Below, piece by piece: positions 1-9,746 of a stretch of 64,000 bases of DNA. Position 1 is the first letter of the stretch. Each line of letters begins with the position of its first letter. The notes under the pieces are model-generated. The model had not been told where the DNA came from and made no database searches. It was given only the letters and a program-made list of their open reading frames with translations. Source of the DNA: an uncultured Gemmatimonas sp. (GTDB lineage Bacteria > Gemmatimonadota > Gemmatimonadetes > Gemmatimonadales > Gemmatimonadaceae). The stretch covers positions 15,192-79,191 of the forward strand of contig CAYXQS010000001.1 of NCBI GenBank assembly GCA_964466515.1, in the 5' to 3' direction. A program made the translations under genes and the position numbers.

Positions 1-478
1 CGAGCGTCTCCCGCCAGCGGAGATGCACCATCAGGTCGAGGGCCACGGACTCCGCGCACCCCGCCAGCGCGGCAAAGGTCTCCACATCGCTCTCGCGCAC
101 CGCGACGGGGTCCACGACGAGGGCGGCAATCGGTCCGGTGCCGCCGGGGGCGGGTGCCGCCACGATCAAGGCGTTCTGCGATGGCGTGCGCGCGATGAGG
201 AGCCACAGGCATTCCGGCGATTCGCGTGCGAGCTGGCGGCAGACCGCGATGGCCCGGTCGCGCGCCGGACGCGTGCCGGTGAACTCCGCACAGAGCGCGC
301 GCAGCATCCCGCGGCCGGTGGCGATCCGTACCTGTGTCGCATCGAAGCTCAGGCCAAAGCGGCGGCGCGCGGGCGTGTCGAGCGGGAGCGGCGCACCGAA
401 GCCGAGTGCGGCGGCGAGCGCCGCCACCGGCTCGTGTGCCTGGGAGAGCAGGCGGGTTGCCTCGCGCGTGGTGAGCAC
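1..478 (-). CDS. Partial CDS (N-terminus only, runs off the window); hypothetical, possibly the start of a large N6-adenine methylase/Eco57I-like protein
   Basis: Open frame read by hand from GTG 478 (VLTTREATRLLSQAHEPVAALAAALGFGAPLPLD...LVVDPVAVRESDVETFAAL...HLRWRETL); not in the ORF track because it has no stop in the window. The methylase resemblance is from memory; no catalytic motif is inside the window. Confidence 0.45.
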   Translation of the reverse strand, partial: MLTTREATRLLSQAHEPVAALAAALGFGAPLPLDTPARRRFGLSFDATQVRIATGRGMLRALCAEFTGTRPARDRAIAVCRQLARESPECLWLLIARTPSQNALIVAAPAPGGTGPIAALVVDPVAVRESDVETFAALAGCAESVALDLMVHLRWRETL

Positions 479-545
479 GCCCCAGCTTCGCCCGCGCGAC
501 CCACGGCACCGATACCAGAACGTTGCGCCCCGGCGCGAACCCTGC

Positions 546-1205
546 CTATCGCCGCGAGAGCTCCGTCACCAGCGCGGGAATCTCGCTGAGGCTCGTGAAC
601 CAGTGGTCGGGATGCGTCGGCTCCAGCTGCGCGCGCGAGAACGGCCCCCACAGCGCAGCCCCCGTCACCACGCCGGCCGCGCGCCCTGCGCGCATATCGT
701 GCGTGGAGTCGCCGATGAATATGGCCCGCTCGCGCGGCATATCGAGCAGCGAGAGTGCGTGCCACACCGGCTCCGGTTCCGGCTTGTGCCTGGCCGTGTG
801 GTCAATCCCCACCACTGCGGTGAAGAGTTCCTCCACGCCCACCAGCTTCAGCGATCGTCGCGCACCCGCTTCCATCTTGGACGTCACCACGCCCAGCGGA
901 TGCCCCGCCGCGTGCAGCGCACGCACCGTCTCCGCCGCAAGGGGATACGGGGTCGTCCGCGCGTCGTGGTTGGCCACCTGGAACTCGCGGTAGCGCCCAA
1001 TGAGATGGTCCACGTCCGCCTCGTCTTCGGCGTAGGCCGCCAGCATCGCCGTCAACGGCGTGCCGATTGCCGCGATCCACTCATCCACGGGTGGCCGCCG
1101 CGCACGGTCGCCGAACGCAAACTCCATCGAGTCCACCAGCAACTCGATCGAATCCACCAACGTCCCGTCGAGATCGAAGAGCACGGCAAACCGATCCGTG
1201 CTCAC
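546..1205 (-). CDS. HAD-superfamily hydrolase (PpaX/phosphoglycolate phosphatase-like)
   Basis: Motifs FDLDGTLVDS, VVTSK, KPEPEP, IGDSTHDM; GTG 1205 overlaps the upstream stop (GTGA). Confidence 0.9.
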   Translation of the reverse strand: MSTDRFAVLFDLDGTLVDSIELLVDSMEFAFGDRARRPPVDEWIAAIGTPLTAMLAAYAEDEADVDHLIGRYREFQVANHDARTTPYPLAAETVRALHAAGHPLGVVTSKMEAGARRSLKLVGVEELFTAVVGIDHTARHKPEPEPVWHALSLLDMPRERAIFIGDSTHDMRAGRAAGVVTGAALWGPFSRAQLEPTHPDHWFTSLSEIPALVTELSRR

Positions 1206-2401
1206 GGGCGCCCCTCCGACCTCGACTCGTACGTGCGCCCCTTCCACTCCACCGTGCTCCCGCGCCACGACGCCTCGGCGAAGATCCACGCGAAGATCGG
1301 CGCCGCGAGATAGTGCGTCAGCCCCCACAGCGGGTTGAGCCCGGCATACGCATAGACGCCGATCCAGAAGAGCAGGCTCACCACCCCGGCGATCCCGCCA
1401 AAGAGGATGGCACCGATCCCGAGCACATTCAGCGCGCCGAGGACGAAGGCGACGATGGGCACCAGCGGAATGAGCGGCGCGAGCGGGAAGACAAAGGGGA
1501 GGATTCGCCGCGTCACCGGTCCGAGCGGGAGCGTGTCACGTCCCGCCGCGTAGAGATTCTTGCGCCACCCGCGCCGGATCTCGCCCAACGACGTATACAT
1601 CCGCGTCGCGAGGTAGTCCTCGGCCAGCACCATATGCACCGGGAGGTCGAGCGAGGTGAGGCGTTGCGCCAGCCGCAGGTCCTCGGCGACGTGCGTGCGC
1701 ACCGACTCGTGGCCACCGGCCTGCGTGTATGCCGCGCGCGTCACGAGGAAGAACTGCCCGTTGGCGACCTTGCGGTGCGGAACGCTCGAGCGGCTCATTG
1801 ACTCCACGCCGCCGTAGCGCGCGAGCATCAGCGCAAAGATGAACGGCTGGAGCACCTTCTCCCAGAAGGTCATCATCTCCTGGCGGCCGGCCACCGTGAA
1901 CATCGCCGCGCCGCGCCCGCGCATTGCGTTCACGCTGCGCGTGAGGAGCTCGCTGCCGTGGCGCGTGTCGGCATCGGTGAAGCAGAGGATCGTCCCCTGC
2001 GCCGCCGCGGCGCCGGTGTGGCACGCCCACTGCTTCCCGAACCATCCCTTGGGGAGGTCCGGCGCCTGGATGACGTGCACGCACGGGGGCTGGTCCGGAT
2101 AGCGTGCCGCGTCCTCGTCGGCGATTCGCTGCGCAATGGCCACCGTGCCGTCGGTCGAGTGGTCATCGACGACAATCACCTCGAACTTGGGCCAGGTGGT
2201 CAGCAACACGCCGCGCAGGCAGCGGCCGATGTTGCGCGCCTCGTTGCGCGCGGGGATGATGATGCTCACGAGTGGCGGTTCCGCGGGCGGTTCCTCGGAG
2301 TACTCGGCGAGCCGATGCGAGTCGAGGAAGCGCACCACGATGATGGCGGTGGCGGCTGCCCACCCCGCCGTTAGGATCCAGGCCGGCCAGAGCGATGTCA
2401 T
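1202..2401 (-). CDS. Membrane glycosyltransferase family 2 (CruC/CrtQ/HpnB-like lipid or carotenoid glycosyltransferase)
   Basis: IIPARNE, VDDHSTD, GWFGKQWAC, FTDAD, NGQF and EDL motifs; N- and C-terminal hydrophobic helices. Confidence 0.85.
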   Translation of the reverse strand: MTSLWPAWILTAGWAAATAIIVVRFLDSHRLAEYSEEPPAEPPLVSIIIPARNEARNIGRCLRGVLLTTWPKFEVIVVDDHSTDGTVAIAQRIADEDAARYPDQPPCVHVIQAPDLPKGWFGKQWACHTGAAAAQGTILCFTDADTRHGSELLTRSVNAMRGRGAAMFTVAGRQEMMTFWEKVLQPFIFALMLARYGGVESMSRSSVPHRKVANGQFFLVTRAAYTQAGGHESVRTHVAEDLRLAQRLTSLDLPVHMVLAEDYLATRMYTSLGEIRRGWRKNLYAAGRDTLPLGPVTRRILPFVFPLAPLIPLVPIVAFVLGALNVLGIGAILFGGIAGVVSLLFWIGVYAYAGLNPLWGLTHYLAAPIFAWIFAEASWRGSTVEWKGRTYESRSEGRP

Positions 2402-3642
2402 TCGACGGCCCCGCTACGCGCGAGGACCACCGATGCCGCCATATGGCCCGTGACATTGGTCGTGGTGCGGAACATATCCGGGATGGTGTCCACCCCGAGG
2501 AGGATGCCCACGCCTTCCAACGGAATGCCCGCCGACATCAGTACCGGTACCATCACGAGAATCGATCCTCCCGGCACGCCGGGAACTGAGAATGAGGTGA
2601 TGAGGCTTGTCACGCCGATGGTGAGGAGTTGCGCGGTGCCGAGGTCCACGCCGTAGAGCCTGGCGATGAACAGCACGCCGACCGTCTGGCCGATCCCCGC
2701 GCCTGCGCGGAACATCGAGGCCGCGAGCGGGATGAAGAAGCTCGCAATCATCGGCGGGAGCCTGAGCGTCTCGCGCACGCTTTCGAGCATTGCGGGGACG
2801 GCCGCGAGCGAGGAGCGCGAGCTGAAGGCGATGCCCTGCGCCGGAAGGCAGGCCGCGGCGAAGGCGCGCAGCGACACGCGGCCGAGACCCACCGCCGCCG
2901 GATAGAGCACCAGCGCCATAAAGAGGATGCAGATCCCGCTGACGACGACCACGTAGCCCACGAGCGCGCCCGCCGCCGCGATCCCCATCTTGGCGGCGAG
3001 CGGCACGGCGAGCGCAAACACGCCGATGGGTGCCAGCGCGAGGATGGCGCGCACGAGCACCAGCGACGCGTCCTGGATTCCCTCGAAGACGCGCGTGAGC
3101 GTCGCGCGGCGGGAGGCCTCCACCCGGGTGAGCGCCGCCGCAAAGGCCACCGACGCCACAATCAGCGGGAGCATCGCGCCGTCCGCAGCGGCGCGTACGG
3201 GATTGGCCGGCACGAGCTCCACGAGCCACTGGCCGACGGTCGGCACACGGCGCGCGCCCTCGATGGCCGCTTCCCCGGCACCCACAGCTGTCGCGCGGAG
3301 CGCATCCACCGCGGCGGGGTCGAGCGGGAACGTCGCGAGCAGCGGCGCGCCGAGCAGAATCCCGAACGCCGTGGCCGCGGCGAGCACGACCACGAAGATC
3401 ACCAGCGACCGGGCGCCGATCCGGCCTACCGCGCGCGGGTCCGGCGCCGCGCCCACCCCCACCACGAGGCTCGCCACGACGAGCGGAATCACCGTCATCC
3501 GGATGGCATTGATGAAGAGCGTGCCGACCGGCGTGATGGCGGCGACGAGCCCGGTCGCGATGGCGCGATCCGAGTCGGCGAGGCCGAGCCCCAGCGCAAG
3601 GCCGCCGACGAGGCCGATCAGGACCTGGAGGGTGAGTGGCAT
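2398..3642 (-). CDS. Dicarboxylate/amino acid:cation symporter (DAACS, GltP-like)
   Basis: AFSSRSS, PGVPGG and DMFRTTTNVTG motifs; many TM helices; ATG 3642 chosen over the upstream start. Confidence 0.9.
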   Translation of the reverse strand: MPLTLQVLIGLVGGLALGLGLADSDRAIATGLVAAITPVGTLFINAIRMTVIPLVVASLVVGVGAAPDPRAVGRIGARSLVIFVVVLAAATAFGILLGAPLLATFPLDPAAVDALRATAVGAGEAAIEGARRVPTVGQWLVELVPANPVRAAADGAMLPLIVASVAFAAALTRVEASRRATLTRVFEGIQDASLVLVRAILALAPIGVFALAVPLAAKMGIAAAGALVGYVVVVSGICILFMALVLYPAAVGLGRVSLRAFAAACLPAQGIAFSSRSSLAAVPAMLESVRETLRLPPMIASFFIPLAASMFRAGAGIGQTVGVLFIARLYGVDLGTAQLLTIGVTSLITSFSVPGVPGGSILVMVPVLMSAGIPLEGVGILLGVDTIPDMFRTTTNVTGHMAASVVLARSGAVE

Positions 3643-3728
3643 CGGGGAATAATGATGCTTCACGCCGCGACTCGCTGGAGGTAGACTTCGTATCCGCTGG
3701 TACGACCTCCCAACTCATCCCGTATCCG

Positions 3729-4091
3729 ATGCCCATCAAGACCGCTGCCGACCTCATTGCCGACGCCAAGTCCCGCATCCGCGAAATCAGCGCCGCCGAC
3801 ACCGCCACGGCGATTGCCGGCCCCAACGCCCCGATCATCCTCGACGTCCGCGAGCCGAACGAGACCAACCTCGGCCGCATCAAGGGTGCCGTCGTCATTG
3901 CGCGCGGCACGCTTGAGACCAAGGTCGAGGCCCTCATCCCACGCGACGCGAAGGTCATCATCTATTGTGCCGGCGGGAACCGCTCCGCCTTTGCGGCCGA
4001 CACGCTCCAGCAGATGGGTTACCAAGACGTGGCGTCGATGGCCGGTGGCTGGCAGGCGTGGATGGGGGCCGGCGGGCCGGTTGAGGGGTGA
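3729..4091 (+). CDS. Single-domain rhodanese / sulfurtransferase
   Basis: LDVREP, active-site loop YCAGGNRS, MAGGWQAW. Confidence 0.9.
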   Translation: MPIKTAADLIADAKSRIREISAADTATAIAGPNAPIILDVREPNETNLGRIKGAVVIARGTLETKVEALIPRDAKVIIYCAGGNRSAFAADTLQQMGYQDVASMAGGWQAWMGAGGPVEG

Positions 4092-4693
4092 TCGGCACCT
4101 TGGCCTCGCCGCGCCGCGCCTTCGCGCGCATCGAGCGCGCGCTCGGCGCGCGCGGTGCGCAGCTCGCCGAGCGTGACGAGCCGTTTCATCAGGCCGCGGT
4201 GGCGCTGGTGTTGCGGCCGAGCGCAGTTGAGGACGATCTCGACGTATTGCTGATTCGGCGGGCTACGCGCCACGGCGATCCCTGGAGCGGACAGATTGGG
4301 TTGCCCGGCGGCCGCGTCCACGTGGCGGACGCCTCGCTCATCGACACCGCGTTGCGCGAGACGCACGAGGAGGTCGGCCTCGACCTTCGCGTCGGCGGCA
4401 GCGTTCTTGGCGCGCTCGACGAACTGCGCCCGCGCACGCCGGTGCTTCCGCCGATCATCGTTTCGCCCTTTGTCGTGGGAATCCCCGGACACCCCGAGCT
4501 CGTTCTCAATCACGAAATCGCGGACACGCGCTGGGTGCGGCTTGGCGAGCTGTACCGTCCCGAGACGCGCGTGCGCACCACGGTGGAGGTACGCGGCATC
4601 CGGATGCAGGTGGACGCCTATCAGGTGGGCGACTTCACCGTCTGGGGAATGACCGAACGGATCCTCTCCTCCTTCGAGGGACTCTGGCGATGA
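4088..4693 (+). CDS. Nudix hydrolase, CoA pyrophosphatase (NudL-like)
   Basis: WSGQIGLPGG plus Nudix box TALRETHEEVG; VWGMT. Confidence 0.88.
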   Translation: MIGTLASPRRAFARIERALGARGAQLAERDEPFHQAAVALVLRPSAVEDDLDVLLIRRATRHGDPWSGQIGLPGGRVHVADASLIDTALRETHEEVGLDLRVGGSVLGALDELRPRTPVLPPIIVSPFVVGIPGHPELVLNHEIADTRWVRLGELYRPETRVRTTVEVRGIRMQVDAYQVGDFTVWGMTERILSSFEGLWR

Positions 4694-5280
4694 CCGCTGC
4701 GTGGCGCGTGCCCGTCATCACGCTCGTCGCCTTCGTGGCGGCGTCGTTTGTCGATAAGTGGGCGTTCGATCACATCTACAATGCCTCGGTCTACAGTCAC
4801 GACTGGGGACGGCTGCTCCGCGTGACCGGATTCCTCGGGACCTGGGCGGTCCTCGCGTGGGGGGTTCGCGCGGTGGAGGGTGAGGATCCCACGCGTCGGC
4901 CGCTCGCCACGCGGCGCGCGCTCCTCCTCTTCTGGGCCGCGTCGCTGGGCGGGCTCGCGGCGGAAATCCTCAAGATCGTCATCCGGCGCGAACGCCCCGC
5001 GCTGCACGACGGGCTCTACGGGTTCCGGCCCTGGGACGAACGCACCTGGAGCGGCGGCGGACTCTCGTTGCCCAGCTCGCACGCTGCGGTGGCGTTTGGC
5101 GGCGCGGCGATGCTGGCGCGACTCTATCCGCGCGCCCGCTGGGTGGGCTACACCCTCGCCGTGGGCTGTGGCGTCACGCGCGTACTTGCACGCGCGCACT
5201 TCGTGAGCGACGTGGTGCTCGCGGCGGGACTCGGGTGGCTGACGGCGTGGCTCCTCGCACGGCGCTGGCCGCCGGAGTGA
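4690..5280 (+). CDS. PAP2-family membrane phosphatase
   Basis: KIVIRRERP, SLPSSH and TRVLARAHFVSDV motifs. Confidence 0.88.
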   Translation: MTAAWRVPVITLVAFVAASFVDKWAFDHIYNASVYSHDWGRLLRVTGFLGTWAVLAWGVRAVEGEDPTRRPLATRRALLLFWAASLGGLAAEILKIVIRRERPALHDGLYGFRPWDERTWSGGGLSLPSSHAAVAFGGAAMLARLYPRARWVGYTLAVGCGVTRVLARAHFVSDVVLAAGLGWLTAWLLARRWPPE

Positions 5281-5292
5281 GCGCCCCCGGGT

Positions 5293-5904
5293 TCAGCGGC
5301 GCAGCAGAGCGATCCGCAGCCCGTTGAGGGAATCGTCCAGCAGGATCTCAAAGCGCTTGGTGCGCGTCTCCGGACGCTTGGCGCTCGTGACCCAGTGCGT
5401 GGCCGTGCGGCGGTAGCCCGGCGGCTGGGCTTCCCAGAACGTCCACGCGTCCTTGGCCGCGCGAAACCGCTTGTGCTCCGCGGGCGTGAAGGCGGCCTGG
5501 GCGCGCTCGAAGCTGTAGATGCCCGACCGCTTCGGGTCGCGCGCGGCGAAGGCGGCGAGCCCCGCGGCGCTCATCTTTCCTGCGGCGGTGAGCGCCTTGA
5601 CGCGCGCGATGTTCACCAGGCTCCAGTTGCTCGACTTCTTGCGTGGGGTGAAGCGCTGGATGTACGACGCGCCATCGCGCGAGCGCCGGAGGCCGTCGAT
5701 CCACCCGAAGCAGAGCGCCTCGTCCACCGACTGCTGCCACGTGGGGCTCGGCTTTCCGGTGGCCTTCTTCCAGTAGCCCACCCAGAGCTCGGCGTGCGTG
5801 CGATGGTGCTTGCGCAGCCAGGCGCGAAACTCCGTGGCGGACTTGAAGAAGATGGCGTCGGATGCGCCGACCCGCGCGGTGCCCCGCAGCCCCGCAGCGC
5901 TCAC
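5293..5904 (-). CDS. YdeI/OmpD-associated family protein
   Basis: FRAWL, DEALCFGWIDG, QRFTPRK..SNWS..N, WVTSAKRPETR; GTG 5904 overlaps the upstream TGA. Confidence 0.85.
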   Translation of the reverse strand: MSAAGLRGTARVGASDAIFFKSATEFRAWLRKHHRTHAELWVGYWKKATGKPSPTWQQSVDEALCFGWIDGLRRSRDGASYIQRFTPRKKSSNWSLVNIARVKALTAAGKMSAAGLAAFAARDPKRSGIYSFERAQAAFTPAEHKRFRAAKDAWTFWEAQPPGYRRTATHWVTSAKRPETRTKRFEILLDDSLNGLRIALLRR

Positions 5905-6449
5905 GCACGCACCGCGCAGAACAGGCCCTGCGGACGGTCCTGGTCGCCGGTATCCACACTCCACCGCCCGGAGAAGGAGTTGCCGTCGGCGTGGAGCACC
6001 ACGAAGGTCGCGCCGCTGGCGGGCCGCAGGACGATCGGTCCCGTGCCCGACGTCAGCGCGGTGGGATTCCCGAACGCGAAGTAGAGGAACCCCTCGTCGT
6101 CGCGGCGCGACTCGATGCCCGGCCGCTCGCGATCGCGCGAGGCGACAAAGGTCCGGAACGGCGGCATCCCGGAGAGGAACTCGAGCTCGATGTCGCTGAA
6201 GCCAAGGACCGGCGAAACCCGCATTGTCACGGAGTCGGTCGGCGTGCCTTCGCGCGCGCGGAGCACGAGCGGGCCGCTGATGACGGTGTCGGCGATGAAC
6301 GGCCCGCGCACCGAGACGCGCAGGTCCCACACGCCCTGCAGCCGGCGGTGGTCGTAGTTGCGGCCGATGGTGCGCTCCGGCGGCACCTGCCGCGGATCGC
6401 ACGTCGCGCCGCTCGTGAGAATGAGCAATGCCGCCGCCACGGAGATCAC
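5901..6449 (-). CDS. Hypothetical secreted protein or lipoprotein
   Basis: Hydrophobic N-terminus ending SGATC; beta-rich body; translationally coupled on both sides. Confidence 0.6.
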   Translation of the reverse strand: MISVAAALLILTSGATCDPRQVPPERTIGRNYDHRRLQGVWDLRVSVRGPFIADTVISGPLVLRAREGTPTDSVTMRVSPVLGFSDIELEFLSGMPPFRTFVASRDRERPGIESRRDDEGFLYFAFGNPTALTSGTGPIVLRPASGATFVVLHADGNSFSGRWSVDTGDQDRPQGLFCAVRA

Positions 6450-7315
6450 GCGCGCATCCTCACCAATCCCTCCTGCGCGACGCTGGCGACGAGCCGCCCC
6501 TCGCGCGAGAAGATGGAGCCGCGCACGAAGCTGCGCGCCTCATACGCCGACGGCGAGTCGGCCGTGTACAGCAGCCACTCGTCCGCACGGAAGGGGCGGT
6601 GCAGCCAGACCGTGTGGTCGAGCGAGGCCATTATCAGCTTGGGATCGCGGAACCCGATACCGTGCGGCTGGAGCGCCGTGGGGAGAAATCCGTAGTCCGA
6701 CGCGTATGCGAGCACCGCCTGATGGATGATCGGTGTGTCGGGGATTCGCTCGCGGAGCCTGAACCAGACCTGCCGCTTGGCCTCGGCCGCACTCGTCCGC
6801 GCCGGCTTGCCGAAGGGGTCCGCGGGGGTGATGGGGCGGAAGTCGAGCGGCCGTTCCTGCAGCAACACCTCGCGGAGGTGCTCCGGGATGCTGTCGGCAC
6901 GCGCACGCAGCATCTCGATCTCGCTCTCGAGGGACTCCGGCGGCGGCACGTCGGGCATCGCGATCTGGTGGTCGAGCCCCACTTCCTCGATGTGGAAGAG
7001 CGCCGAGAGATGGAAGATTGCCTCGCCGTGCTGGATGGCGGTGACGCGGCGGCTGGTGAAGCTCTTCCCGTCGCGCGGGCGGTCGACGATGAAGAGGATC
7101 GGCGACGTGGTGTCGCCTTCGCGGAGGAAGTAGCCGTGTACCGAGTTGGCGTCGCGGCCGTCGGGGACGGTCCGCCGCGCGGCGACGAGTGCCTGCGCGA
7201 AGACCTGGCCGCCGAAGACGCGGCCCGTGCCGACGTCGCGGTTGTGGCCGCGGAAGAGATCCTCCTCGAGTTTCTCGAGATCGAGCAGGCGGAGCAGGTC
7301 GTCGACGACGGTCAT
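6446..7315 (-). CDS. tesB: Acyl-CoA thioesterase II
   Basis: VFGGQVFAQAL, SVHGYFLREGD, RDGKSFTSRRV, LAYASD, ASLDH, VASVAQEG. Confidence 0.93.
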   Translation of the reverse strand: MTVVDDLLRLLDLEKLEEDLFRGHNRDVGTGRVFGGQVFAQALVAARRTVPDGRDANSVHGYFLREGDTTSPILFIVDRPRDGKSFTSRRVTAIQHGEAIFHLSALFHIEEVGLDHQIAMPDVPPPESLESEIEMLRARADSIPEHLREVLLQERPLDFRPITPADPFGKPARTSAAEAKRQVWFRLRERIPDTPIIHQAVLAYASDYGFLPTALQPHGIGFRDPKLIMASLDHTVWLHRPFRADEWLLYTADSPSAYEARSFVRGSIFSREGRLVASVAQEGLVRMRA

Positions 7316-7377
7316 TGCGCGGGCGGGGTGTGGGGCGGGGCGCCGTGGGCGCACCCCCGAAATCTACTGCGGGGGCG

Positions 7378-8346
7378 CTAGTCGTCGCTCGATGGCGCCC
7401 CGCCGCTTCGCGCCACCTGGTCGGGCTTCACGTTCGCCGCGTTGAAGCGCCGGGCCGCCTTGAGGATCGTCTCCATCGTGTCGTCAAAGTCCGGGTGCTT
7501 CTCCTTCACCCAGCGCAGATGGTTGATCCGCGCCACCACGAACGCCTTGAGGTACGGGCTCTCGAGGCCGCGTTCCTTGAGTCGCTTCACCGCGTCGTTC
7601 ACGTGGTCGTTGAGCTCGAGCAGCTTGGCCGCGCGCGCCTTCCGCAACTCCAGTGCCGCCGCCAACTTGGCCCCCTGGAACTGGTCAATCCGCTTGAGGA
7701 TCGGGTGGTACGCGCCGCCCGAGAAGCGCCCGTTCTCCATATAGCAGAGCCCCAGCGTGATCAACGCCGCCTCCTCGAAGATCTCGGCGTGGCTCTTCTC
7801 CGAACGGTCGTCCAGCTCGGCGAGCGCCTGTGCCAGCCGCGCCACCTCGAGCGAGCGCTCGCGCAGGTTGTGCGCCTTTTCCGTGTTGAGCGCGAGGATC
7901 CGGTGCGCCACCTCCGGCTCCGGCACCACGAGCGCGATGATGGCCTTGGCGCCCAGCTGCTTCATCGCCCCCAGGCGGTGATAGCCGTTGGGCGACCAGT
8001 AGATCCCCTGCCCCGCCGGGACCGCGACGATGGGGTCGAGGAAGCGGTCGAGCTTGTCGATGGCGTCGGCGAGGCGGGCGACGTGCGTCTCCGAGAGGTC
8101 GCGCTGGAACGGCGTCGGCTCGACGATGTCGATGGGGAGCGAGGCGAGGATCTGCCAGCGGCTGCCCAGCGGGTCGCGGTAGGAGGCGAGGACCACGCCG
8201 CCGTCGGCGTCGATGCGGCGTGCGAGGGTCTCGACGGATGCCGGCGCGGCGACCGAGTTCACGCGCGCGGCGTCGAGACCGCGGGTCTTGGCCGCGGCGG
8301 CCTTCTTGGACTTCTTGGCGGGGCGCTTCTTCTTGGCGGTGGCCAT
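7378..8346 (-). CDS. Orphan ParB/Srx N-terminal-domain protein with Lys-rich N-terminal tail
   Basis: PTPFQRDLS, FLDPIVAV, NGYHRLGA (GxxRxxA-like), LALNTEKAHNL; N-terminus MATAKKKRPAKKSKK. Confidence 0.8.
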   Translation of the reverse strand: MATAKKKRPAKKSKKAAAAKTRGLDAARVNSVAAPASVETLARRIDADGGVVLASYRDPLGSRWQILASLPIDIVEPTPFQRDLSETHVARLADAIDKLDRFLDPIVAVPAGQGIYWSPNGYHRLGAMKQLGAKAIIALVVPEPEVAHRILALNTEKAHNLRERSLEVARLAQALAELDDRSEKSHAEIFEEAALITLGLCYMENGRFSGGAYHPILKRIDQFQGAKLAAALELRKARAAKLLELNDHVNDAVKRLKERGLESPYLKAFVVARINHLRWVKEKHPDFDDTMETILKAARRFNAANVKPDQVARSGGAPSSDD

Positions 8347-8352
8347 CCGGGA

Positions 8353-8381
8353 ACTCTGCGGCCGCACTTTCCATTGGTCAA
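8353..8381 (-). promoter_or_regulatory. Putative sigma70 promoter for the ParB-like gene (leaderless)
   Basis: Minus strand TTGACC-N17-CAGAGT-N6-ATG, with no Shine-Dalgarno. Confidence 0.45.
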
Positions 8382-8429
8382 GCAGGCCCTGTCCGTTCAG
8401 CGATCGCCCTTGGTGCGCGGTAGATTCCC

Positions 8430-9722
8430 GTGATGCGCATTGAGCCCACGGCGGCCCGCCGCGGAACACACAGCGTCGTGATCGTCGGCGCGGGATTTGC
8501 CGGCCTCAGGACGGCGATGCTCCTCAAGGACGAGCCGGGGCTGCACGTCATCCTGCTTGACCAGCGCAATCACCATCTCTTCCAGCCGCTCCTGTATCAG
8601 GTGGCGACTGCCGGGCTCAACCCGGCCGACATCGCCGTCGCCATCCGCTCGCAGTTCAGGGATGAGGCGGACGTGAGCGTTCACCTGGGCCGCGTGGACG
8701 GCGCCGACCTTCGGCAGCGCGTGGTGCGGGGCGGCGGGTACGAGGTCCCGTACGACTATCTCGTGGTGGCCGTCGGCGCGCAGCACAGCTACTTCGGTCA
8801 CGACGAATGGGAACAGTTCGCGCCCGGCCTCAAGACACTCGAGCAGGCGACGGAAATCCGCCGTCGGCTGCTCACCGCCTTCGAGTTTGCCGAGAACGAG
8901 TGGGATTCCGTGAAGCAGCGTGCCGCCCTCACTTTCGTCGTGGTGGGCGCAGGCCCCACCGGCGTGGAACTGGCGGGGGCGATTGCCGACATCAGCCGCA
9001 CGGTGATGGTCGCGGACTTTCGGCGTATTGATTCCTCCTCGGCACGGATCGTGCTCATCGAGGCGGCACCGCGCGTGCTCGGCGCATTTCCCGAGGACCT
9101 CTCCGCCCACGCGGAGGCCGACCTCACGGCGCTCGGCGTCGAGGTGATGACCAACGCGCGCGTGGAGGAGATCGCGGAGCGCGGCGTGCGCGTCGGCGAC
9201 ACGTGGATCGACTCGCAGGCCGTCTTCTGGGCCGCGGGCGTGCAGGCGTCGAAGTTTGCGTTCACGCCCGAGCCGCCGCGCGATCGCGCGGGACGCGTGC
9301 AGGTGACGGGGGATCTCTCGGTGCCCGGATTCCCCAATGTCTTCGTCGCGGGCGATATGGCCGCGGCAACGCAGGCGGATGGGTCGCTGGTTCCCGGCGT
9401 TGCGCCCGCGGCGATCCAGGCGGGGGAGCACGTGGCGCGCACGATCCTCGCGGACCTTCGCGGGAAACGGCGCGCGCCGTTCGTCTACGCCGACAAGGGG
9501 ACGATGGCGACGATCGGGAAGAGCCGCGCCGTGGCCGTGCTCGGCAGCCGCGTGAAGATGACCGGATTCCTCGCGTGGTGCGCGTGGCTCCTTGTCCACG
9601 TCTACTTCCTGATTGGCTTCAAGAACCGGTTGGGCGTGATGTGGACCTGGGTGTGGAGCTATCTCTTTTCCAAGCGCGGCGCGCGGCTGATTACCGAGCG
9701 CGAGTGGAAGCTTCGGAATTGA
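8430..9722 (+). CDS. ndh: Type II NADH:quinone oxidoreductase (NDH-2)
   Basis: Two Rossmann motifs (VGAGFAG, VGAGPTGVELAG), FQPLLYQVATAGL, YADKGTMATIG; start GTG 8430 or ATG 8433. Confidence 0.92.
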   Translation: MMRIEPTAARRGTHSVVIVGAGFAGLRTAMLLKDEPGLHVILLDQRNHHLFQPLLYQVATAGLNPADIAVAIRSQFRDEADVSVHLGRVDGADLRQRVVRGGGYEVPYDYLVVAVGAQHSYFGHDEWEQFAPGLKTLEQATEIRRRLLTAFEFAENEWDSVKQRAALTFVVVGAGPTGVELAGAIADISRTVMVADFRRIDSSSARIVLIEAAPRVLGAFPEDLSAHAEADLTALGVEVMTNARVEEIAERGVRVGDTWIDSQAVFWAAGVQASKFAFTPEPPRDRAGRVQVTGDLSVPGFPNVFVAGDMAAATQADGSLVPGVAPAAIQAGEHVARTILADLRGKRRAPFVYADKGTMATIGKSRAVAVLGSRVKMTGFLAWCAWLLVHVYFLIGFKNRLGVMWTWVWSYLFSKRGARLITEREWKLRN

Positions 9723-9746
9723 CTTCGCCCCGGGAAGGGCTAGCTT
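9719..9746 (+). promoter_or_regulatory. Putative sigma70 promoter upstream of the small ORF and dksA-like gene
   Basis: TTGACT-N16-TAGCTT. Confidence 0.45.
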
